Source of the DNA: Lingula anatina
Taxonomy: Eukaryota; Animalia; Brachiopoda
Assembly: GCA_051362555.1 (NCBI GenBank)
Contig: CM120641.1
Span: forward strand, 42,228,401-42,292,400
DNA: 64,000 nt
Direction: 5' to 3'
The position numbers and the translations under genes were made by a program. Position 1 is the first letter of the stretch. Every line of letters begins with the position of its first letter. Below the pieces are notes generated by a model that worked only from the letters and a program-made list of their open reading frames with translations, was not told where the DNA came from and ran no database searches. Below are positions 29,330-39,356 of this stretch, piece after piece.

Positions 29330-32300
29330 GTGACTGCCCCACTGCCCTGTGTCCACTCCCCCTTCCTGCTCAGTCCTAGCCCGCCACACTAAACAAACAG
29401 CACGTGTGGAGAATGTGTGTGTGTACACCCAGAGTGTGTACACTGTGTTAAACCACAGCTTAAGTATCCTCACTCACTCACTAAGCTTGCTGCATGCATG
29501 ACACCGACACCACACGGCTGTAAGTCAGAATTAAGTTAATTCCGCCACTCTCTCTACTGTCCATGTTAAATTTACAAGGTATACTTTAAGAAAGGCGCTT
29601 TGGACTCTCCCTCAGGTCAGCTGTTCTCTGTTGCTCATCAATGTGTTGAGATCATAAATCCCTGTGAGTCTTCAGCATGACACCACTGGATAGTTATGAA
29701 TAAGCAAGCACATGAAAGTCCTGTCTGCATGTGTCGAGATATACTGTACCAATCAGTGGGGCAGTTCTGCTTGGATTGCCCCTTTACCTCTTTTCTGGCC
29801 GTTCCTTTAAATACAGCACTATTCCTTGTAAACTGGCTGATTAAAGACCACAGAATAATCTGTCAATTTAATGCACAATCATACTTATGGAGCACTCTAG
29901 CCTTGTTCAGAATGGAGCATAGCATAGAGGTCCAGGTCCTTGTATGTGTAGGAGGGTGCTATCTCTTGTATCCCTTCCTTTATTCTATTTATGCTGGTGT
30001 ATCAGATGCTAGATCGGCCTGGGCCACTCACAGTGGGCAGTGGACTTGGGTTAACCCTGTAGTACACTATGGTATTGTTCAAGTCAAAACACCCTGAAGT
30101 TAAGAGGCTGGAGTATTTTTTCCTTGTGTCTCCATGATGTAGGTTCATGTGTTATCCCTGTTTATGATAGAATTTTTATGTCCAAATACAACAAGGAGTC
30201 TGATGTATTTTGTCTCCTTTTATTATCTAGTGATATTTTTTTTTAACTACCACTTCTGTTCTGATCATTTTCTTTTAATAAATAAATTCCATAACCCCTT
30301 CTTCATCTTTAACATTCTAAAGATTTAAAAGCAAACAAAAATAGACTTTCTGTTCCCTTTCTTCCTTTTTCAATATATCATTGAAACTGGTAAATAACAC
30401 AAATTGTTTGCTAAAGTTTATGTTATTTGATCTGTAGCATCCTTTAACAAAAAGTTTAATGAACTAGAATGAGTGACACTAACATGGGTGGAGAGAGAAA
30501 ATGGCAGGAAGGAAAATGTCTACATAAACACCCTAGTTTTCTTTCTCAAATGTCAACCAAATTGGGTTATATTGTTGAAAAATTATGCTGCTGAATGCTG
30601 TTTTTAATTTTTTTAATGAGATGGACTTTGCTACTCCTTATTCCATACTTCCCATTTTTTTTTCAAGTTGCGGTGACATAATTTGAACTCAGTTGCATCA
30701 CATAATGTAAAATACATGCAGAAAACAATTAATGCTAAGTAAAGTCAAGGTATATGGTCAAAAGTTCATTAGTTTCCATGGGTGACAATTTGAATCAGAC
30801 CAAGACCCAGTATTTACAAATTTTCAAGCAATCTTTGTTTCAGCAGCTATCCATTTTCTCCACTTTGTTTAAGGTTTTTAAATAGGGGTAAAGTTAACCC
30901 CCCTCTTCCTCTCAGCGTCCATGAGTTTGCACTGGCTTTAGATGAGCTTGTGTACACCTGACCTTCTTTTAACAAACACCTAAATGAGATGCCGTCCCAA
31001 TATGGTCTGGTTTACTCAACAGCACCAGTTAAAGCCAGCTGCATTTTAGCTTTTAACAAAACATACCTTACATAATCTTCCTTTGAAGTTTTATACAGAG
31101 ATAAAGGTGCTGTATATATGTTAATGCTAATGCTTCCCAATGAGGAAACTGATCTATGCATGTTTTTATTCTAAAAAATTGAATTTTTCTTTTCAACTTT
31201 CTTAAATTACTAGTCCTTTAAGACAAACTCAATACTAAGGAATCCATGTATTTTGTATTTAAAAAGAAATAAATTTCTTTCTGTTTACTGCCAAAAAAAG
31301 GCAATTTATTCCACAAACACATGCCCCAAACACAAATTCACCGATAAAAAGCTACTATTTGCCTAAATCATTCATATTACTATCCATTGGGACTGATAAG
31401 TTAAACATCACTGAAGCGCGGTTTTCCAGTGACTTCCCATCCAACAATCTTGCCATTTGATCTCCCAGCACCTTACGCCATTGTTACCCCACGCTTCAGT
31501 GGCCGACTACGCTTTGTGGCAGAGAATTTCCGCTGCCTTTTCCCCCCATTCACACATTCTTTCTCCCATTCACAAGTCAGCATAGTCAGAGTCCCTGTGT
31601 TTGCCATCACGGTAACTTTTGCCAGTGAAATTTAATCACCCTTCCTTTTTGTTATTCTTTCCATATGAATGCTGTGAATTAGTTACCATAACAAGCATTT
31701 CCCAACTGCATTTGTAAGAAGGCCTTGATTCTTCAACTAGCATATAGGTGACTGTAAACATTTAGGGAAGAAAAGAGAGTTGGGGGGTAAAAGAAGGCGG
31801 AGGAGCCTGCCAATAGAAATATATATATATATATTCTTCTTACACAAGTAAATCTGATGATAAACAATTAAAAAGGAAACTGATTCCTTGACCTTGGCTC
31901 TCTTATGTGATTACAAATATTAAGGAGGGGTGGAGTCCAATCTTAAGGATTAAATATCATAAATAAACTACCGGCAGATTCCTTCTGAAGGCACTTTTAG
32001 TAGTATTGTTTAGATTAATTGGACTTTATGTTAAAACTGATAGAAGAAAAATAGCCCAAATAAGGCAGGTCCAAGTATGGTCTTTAAATCTCAACCCTCA
32101 CTTTATCAAATATATACACATAAAAATTCTAGAACAGATACACTGGCATCAAAGTTACATGTATTTTTTTCTATTGGGGGTTTTGTTTGTCCTAATTTAG
32201 AAAAAAACAAGCATACAAAAATGCAAAGAAAGGTCTAACCACTAAATCATTAGGGCAGGTTACTTACAAAAGTCAACAGCTGCTGTGATTAGAATGACAT

Positions 32301-33243
32301 AATGCTAGATCAATTAAACAAGACAGAAAAAATTCCTGAATAATACTTTCAAAGGCATTCTGTGACAAATGAAACAAAGCCAATAAAACTTCCAGTCACA
32401 GTGCACCTCAGCTGTATCAGGAGCAACCAGATTGTGCCCAGCCAGGCACAGCTATCGCAATTCGGTCTACATACCCTCCAAACAGTACAAGGTGTTGACT
32501 GTGCATATAATTAAAGTAGTTAATTCACACTGAAGCTGTTAACAACATTTATTATACTGATTTACCATAATGCACCACTGTTATATTGTCATATCTGAAC
32601 ATTTTTTTTTTGACAAAATCAGCTGGTGCAAATGTTATACAGTAAATGTAGTGGATGCCAAATCAGGAATCTGTCTTATAGTATGTTGGCAGCAGATCTG
32701 TATGAATTACCACTATTACTACTGCAACACACCTTTGTATAATGTCCACTAAACATCTTGTTATGCAAGTTGACAACTTTATCAGGACATCATGACAATG
32801 CAATGAAAAAAAAATACAATATCCAATAACATTTATGACAAAATGCAAGTCCTATATATATATGTATGTATGTATACAAATCTGTAAAGAATGTTACGTT
32901 ATCGCCAAAACATAATATGAAGGTCATTACATAAAACAAAAAAGTGAACATGTATACAAATTGCCTCTGAGATACACATATCTTGTATAATATTTGCATT
33001 CAACTGTTTCATACCATTTTTTAAGTCTGTTGAATTATTTCCACATTGGAGAGTTCTATAGTATAAAACCTTGAACAAACAAGTCAAGTCAAATTTATGC
33101 AAGCAAATTCTACTCAAAATAAGTGTCACTGACATGTTCATTTTTTTAATGACCCTGCACCTAAAATAAAACCCCATGATGCAGAAACAGAAATGTGTCT
33201 TATACTTTACGGGATCCTAACAAGTCACAGCCTGTTGACTTAC

Positions 33244-33294
33244 CAAATCTTCACACCTTCCAAGTTCTGCTCCAGCACGGCCGATAGGAGAACA
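33244..33294 (-). CDS. Candidate 51-nt symmetric internal exon (CSPIGRAGAELGRCEDL in phase 0)
   Basis: It has a TTGCAG| acceptor and TTG|GTAAGT donor, its length is a multiple of 3, and it is open in the frame set by exon 37242-37442. Confidence 0.5.
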
Positions 33295-36200
33295 CTGCAA
33301 TGACAAGGAGAAAGGGTTACATGGGGGCCTCGTAAAACCAGTTTCTACAATGTCAAGTATTGCCAACTAACCACAATGTTAAAAGGTGAATTCACTCTAG
33401 GAAAAATAAGAGTGGTTGAATTGCTGGGTGTCTAACTTTATCAGCAGCCTGCTTCGCTAAAAAATTTAAGCCTGAAAATTGGTCTAGTTTTTAGACCAAA
33501 ATTTGACTCTATTCTATGCAAAATATATCAATAGTGGTTCCATTAAGTGAAACATTGCAAGTGTTTATTAACAAAAAAAAAAAAAATTAAAAAAAAATAA
33601 TAAAGACATGGTTAATGTTGCAGACCAAGGATTACTTTATTCATGAAAACTACAAATTTTGGACTTAAAGTTTAGACTATTTTGGGGCTTAAATTCACAT
33701 ATAGGATAGACCCCAGTTGGTTTATGTAGTTACAGATGCAGACCCCTGGACTAGGCAGCCCATCTTCTCCACATGGAACTACTCTCAACACCTAGCCATC
33801 CTAATGCTGGACCAACAACAGTTTACCCTTAATTTTCCAGTGTGAACACGCCTTCTATCACCTAACCACAGCATTAATTCCACTATTTGGCAGTGATTAA
33901 CTACATTCACGCCAGGTTGCACACAGGCGGTTCACATGTCAAAAACCACATAATAATTCTACTAATGCTATTTGGCAAATGGTGAACCTTACAAGCTATG
34001 GTGATTTTTAAAACTGCTGCATTTACTGTTAGATCACATATTGTAATGAAATGCTATCAAATTTATCACCATGATCTTTTTGATTCATGTGGCTTATTAT
34101 TTAACCACATCAGCCACAAAGTGGCAAAAGTTAGCTTTTCTTTTGAAGTAAATTAAATTAAGGCCTCCCGAGAAAATTCCCCAAGCTATAAACTAAAAAA
34201 GGCATTTATAAAAAGACATTTTACATAGTACCTCATTTTTTCTCATTTTTTCACTCAAATACAGGACGGCAAGGGAAAAAATCAACATTTCATGTATGTA
34301 TGGCAATTTATGGGTATTTTGGCCAAGGAACAATGATCTAGCTTAAAATGAATTAGCAATAACATCTCTCAAGACTGAACATGAACCAAAAAGGAACAGA
34401 GTAAACAGTTGACCATAAACTTTTACAAAAATAAAATTTGAAAATCTATAATTGTGTCCAAAACTGTAGCTGCAACAGGTGTTTTAAGTCATGAACCAAG
34501 TGCTATTTTAGTGAAAATAGACACCAAACAAACAAACTAGATTCCTATCAATAAGACTAGTAAGCTGTACCATAAAAGACTAAAATTTCAGTAAAAACTA
34601 TCCTATCAAAGCTGGCCTGTCTAATATTGACTTTGGGGTAAAGTAAAACTGCTGTTTTAATGTTGACTTTTAACAGCCCTGTGCAAAGCTCAGTGTCAAG
34701 GCCAAGATTTATCAATGGGAAAAGCCATAACATTTCTCATTTTTTTCTCACCATGAAAGACTTTGGCACTTGCATTCCTATGAATTAACTTTGAGAGGTG
34801 TAAGTAAGATAAATTGCACTTGATTAAAAATATGCTATTTTTCCTCTGGGTAAATAATTTTAGAATAGGCAAAATTTCCATTTAAAACAAGATGCAAAAA
34901 TAACAATGGCAATTTCAAGTGCCTCAAAGATGCTTTGAACTATGCAATGAGCCTTACAATTTAATATCTTGTAACTTTTGCCCTGTTTGCTAAGGGAACG
35001 GCACTTAAAATTAGCTTTTGAGAAAGATTGCAAGGTCTGAACCTCAGGGTACTCACCTACCTCAACTACCAGTAACTTGACAAGTCCACTAGTTCAACAA
35101 GGTGTAAAAAAAAACTAACAATGAATTTCACATGCTGCTTTCCATCAAATGGCCATGAACATACCCAAAGGAATCATGTTTGAAAGGTCTAAAATTGGAC
35201 TTCACATTTATATATATAAAACCACTTCAGTGAGGTGCAGAATTGAATCACGGGTCATTGGTTTGTATTAAAACCAGTATTTTTGTATTAGCTAAACTGG
35301 AGCACAGAAAACTGGTTGGACGAGGTTCTTATGTTTGCAGTCTTTGCAGTAACTTGCCCACGTGGTCTAGGTTTTGTTGTTGTTGACATTCCTGTGGAGT
35401 GGGAAGTTCAGTGCTGCCACCTTTTGGTTGAATAGCAGTTCAGTCTGCTTATGCTAAGACAAATTCATAATAACATTTCTTAATGAAAAAGCATGTAGCT
35501 TCTTCTTTTTAAATGTTAGTACACAAAAGAACCAAGAATCAGATTTGTATGGATAATGAAAAAAGACAAAAATATGATTGGTCTGAAAAACAAATATTAA
35601 ACTGGGCTTCAGCCATAACGGATATATTTTACCTGAAAAAGATGGATATTCTCTTAACCCTTTATCCATCAACATTAGATGACAAAGTTTTTGACTTGAC
35701 TGAACATTTTAAAATGAAATTTTTTCCAGCCAAATGGGCAACAGAGGGAAAGAGAAAGAGAGGTCACCCATGAACAACATGGAGAAGAAATGCCAAAGGA
35801 ATGAAAGAAAGGAACTGGGGTGGCAAGCAAAGAGTGAAGTCAGCACAGTAGGGAAAGATAGAGGAAGATGGCAGAGGATGCTGACAAGCCTTAATCATGA
35901 GTCAACCATGGCTTAGAAGTAAGTTTCCAGCCAAATCCAATCAAAATAGCTGGGCACCACCCATCTCTATTAGGTCATATTATTCTCTCCCCATTAGCTC
36001 CATAAGAGCTGCCCCATTTCTTTAACCACCACATTGGAAGGTTTTAACTATTCAGACAAAAAATGATGACAACCTGTTTAAATGTAATTTTACTGCCATC
36101 TTCCTCAACAGAAAAGGGATGTTGTTGGATATCTTTAAAAAAATATCCACCACACAATGTCTAAAGAATGCAATCTCAATATATATCTGGGGGAATATCT

Positions 36201-37241
36201 TCACTTTCCCAGCAAAGTGACAGTTAGAATAGGCATGTAATTCACTCTATTATCTGCATTGTTTTGATCCAAGCCTTCTACGCAACCAAAATATTATGGT
36301 TTACTGCAACACAATGTAACCACTTTAATGATCCTGTACATTATTGATCATATATCCCATCAAGGTATTTGATATGTTCAACTCTTATTGTACGATCCAA
36401 TAAAGGTCAAAGTAAGGACTAACAAGATAAATAATTAATGAGTTAACGAAAATCATTCACAAATACTCTTTTCTTACCCACGATCCTAATCAAGAGAAAC
36501 TAAAACAAATTCTGCAGCAGGTATTTACTATGATGTAACCTTATGTGAGAGGAGCAAACATTGGTCAATACAAATTTCAATTAACCTAAATTACGATCAT
36601 TGATCTTTTTTTATTTACATGAGGATATTGTTGTTATCCTGGGTTTGAATGATAGCTTCGTTTACCATTAATTTCAGCCTTTGCAGTTTTACTATAAGAA
36701 ATTATTCAACATAATTCCAATGTCCACACTTTATGGTGAGAACTCTTACTTTGAATTGCACCTACACATTTATAGCTATTTATTAATATCATTTCTGTAT
36801 AGACACTAATTTATCAAATTGAGCAATAAGTGTACATTTTGAAAAAAGACATCTTTGGTTTAATAATAAATCTCATATATGTCAATGTTCACATCAAACC
36901 CAAACAATGACAACTTATTTTTATACCCCCCTATTTTCTGGTGAATTATATAACAAACTTTATTCTTAAATGAAATAATATTTTTGTAATAATTATAAAA
37001 CTTTAAATTCTATTGTAAATCAAGATTTTCAAAAACGTACACAAGCTGCTGATTTTATAAACAGGAAAACGCTATATTTGACGCTAATAGCACGAAATTA
37101 ATTACAGTGTAATTTACACTTGTACATTTCCAATGAAAGTGAGACACCTGTTGATGCTGCTAAATACCTATACCGTTGCTAAATACCTACCTGATCAAGC
37201 ACATTTTCCCAACATATTCCCCATATCCCCCAGTTACTTAC

Positions 37242-37442
37242 CAGGTTCACTCCTGAGTCGCTGTCTTCGCTCACTGCATCGTCCGTAGTCTCAGGGGTGG
37301 ACAGAGCCTCTGACACAAGTGCTGTCATCCCCGGGGCCGAGTGAAGCTGAAGCCAGTGAGACTGCAGCTCACCCACGCTTGGGAAAAGGAGGGAACAGTA
37401 CGAGCAAACGTAGCCCTCTCCCACCGCTCCTTCTTGATACAT
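37242..37442 (-). CDS. First coding exon of a large gene; N-terminal C2H2 zinc finger of EEA1/Rabenosyn-5 type (rest of gene beyond the left edge)
   Basis: It encodes MYQEGAVGEGYVCSYCSLLFPSVGELQSHWLQLHS...GVNL (67 aa) with a C-x2-C-x12-H-x4-H finger preceded by EG[YF]x. The donor is CTG|GTAAGT and a promoter lies immediately upstream. Confidence 0.8.
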
Positions 37443-37539
37443 CAGGGCAGGGATATGTGTAGGTCTGCGGAGATTACGACAGTGTTGTAAATACCGTTAC
37501 TTTCCAACGCTTTCTGTTGTTTACACAAATGAGATTCAC

Positions 37540-37581
37540 AACATGGCGCGCCGGATGTGCCTTTAATTGTAACCGGAAGTG
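37540..37581 (-). promoter_or_regulatory. TATA-less housekeeping-type promoter with ETS/GABP and YY1-like motifs
   Basis: ACCGGAAGTG (37572-37581), CCGGATGT (37551-37558) and AACATGGCG (37540-37548) lie about 100-140 bp upstream of the ATG, at the point where CpG density rises. Confidence 0.6.
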
Positions 37582-37944
37582 AGGTCGGTGGGGGGGGGGG
37601 GGGAGGGGGAGGGGTGCCAAATAAAAAAATCAATAATTCATAATTCTTCACTTTTTATTTTGTTCGGTACTCTTTAATGCATGGAAAATTTTACTCATTA
37701 AAAACCAGCATAGATAAATACACACATCTAGTTGTATAAAGCAAATCAGACTAAGACCACGTTTACCGGTAATATGGGCGTGGTTTATTGTGTTGTGTCC
37801 AGTGCTGACGCTTTAGTTGTTTAGGTAAGGAGGGCTGGGTGAGGGCGAATGATGAAAGCATCGCTAATAAATTTTTACAAAGAAATTAAGACACCTCAAC
37901 GTTTGCTTTTACTGAAGATAATGATAGAAAATCTGGGGCATATG

Positions 37945-38201
37945 CAGGGGCGGATTGGCTGGATTATTTGCAGGGGGGTCGATCCGCGGATGCGAAGTCG
38001 ACCCTCCCCCCTCCCCTTCTGGAGCTGGGTAGGCTACTGTACGGGGCCCGCTGAAGGGCACTAAATTTTTTTGGCATTCTAGAGGGCGAACGGTGTCATT
38101 GGGTACGGTTTAGAAATATAATTCAGCTAGTCAAAATTCTAACATCAGGAGGGTAGCCTACAATTTGCAAGTGGTGTGACTTTTTCCTAAATCCGCCACT
38201 G
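37945..38201. mobile_element. MITE with CAG(G/T)GGCGGATT TIRs (hAT-like)
   Basis: The termini are CAGGGGCGGATT...AATCCGCCACTG with flanks CATATG/CCTATG, a possible 6-bp TSD. Confidence 0.7.
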
Positions 38202-39263
38202 CCTATGGGATCTACATGTAGGCCTACTGGTAACTTGGCTTACGAAGTGGGCATGCTACATGTACAAGCCTACAGTCGTACCTCTTAATGAGATAAGTGG
38301 TGAAAAACAACCAAAACCCGTTGTATTACGGAAAGTCTTGACAACAATTCTACTCCTCTATCTTAATTCTTTTTACTTTCTCTTTAATTATTTATTTATT
38401 TGTGTGGGGGATGGAGGCTAAGATAAAATAGTAGGCCTAAGTTGTTTCTTAAAAGAGGAAGGATCAAAATGTCATGAATCATAGGTATGCCTATATATGT
38501 TTAGTCTTAGATTAAAGAAACGATTTGCTTTTATTATAGAGTGCATGTATAGGACTATTTGTATTTCGGAGACCACTTACATACGTGAGGAAATGAAAAA
38601 TAATGGTTTTGTAACCGTGGTCGCTCACTGATTTTTGAGGTACTTTATGTTAGCGATGTAGGCCTATTATATTTCCATAAATTTCTCATGCCAGTATTAT
38701 ATTAATAGCCATATATTTTCACAGCGGTATTGTAAGGATAAATTACACCAAAATACTACAGAGAACGAAATAGGTTATTTTATCTCACTGTTTATAAATA
38801 TACTAATCTTACAAAATCATGACTCATCATGTTAATTTCCCGAAAAAGTTTCCTCTTGCCAGAGGGCCAAGTAAGGCCTAATCATACCAGATTAACTCTT
38901 TGAAGTAATTAAAAACACTTTAAACTTTTGTTACAAATGGCGCTGTTTACTGTTCACCAATCATCCTGTATGTAGGAGCAGGTCACATGAGTCGAAAAGT
39001 CTTGGTCATGGGATGGTATGGTAGGCCCCTACACAACATCCAAATAGAATTCAAATTGGATCCATATAACAGTTTAACAGAGAAACGCTTTTCCGAATTT
39101 CAAGTAATTATATTTTCTGTGACAGACCTCCCCGTGATAGGACCATGTAGGCCTACGTGATTACTGCGCCATTTCCAAGGAGGTGCAGTCTATTATTGAA
39201 GTTCCGAGCAGAAAAAAGGCTTTTCTGTTTCAAGACCTTCAGTGAGCGGATTCGGATCGTCGC

Positions 39264-39356
39264 TTATTGTTTGTCAGGTGGAATCTGTTCCTCAGTTAAG
39301 AGACTGACTCGCTGTCTTCCCACAGTCAGCGTTCCAGTTTGGAAGTTCAGGACGCA
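39264..39356 (-). CDS. NRIP3-like exon 6 (CVLNFQTGTLTVGRQRVSLLTEEQIPPDKQ*)
   Basis: It has a TTTCAG| acceptor and resembles the DDI1/2 C-terminus (recalled as CSIDLKKNVLVIG...FLPEGELP). Confidence 0.85.
   Translation of the reverse strand, partial: CVLNFQTGTLTVGRQRVSLLTEEQIPPDKQ

Noticed and set aside
31476-31607. CpG-rich MANTGTLT...KRSRPLKRG candidate first exon
   Set aside because: The phase-0 donor (GTAACA) is weak and the stronger donor is phase 2, so support is insufficient.
33244-33294. Ankyrin-like reading VLLSAVLEQNLEGVKI
   Set aside because: It needs phase 2, which is incompatible with the upstream phase-0 exon, and it is too short to call.
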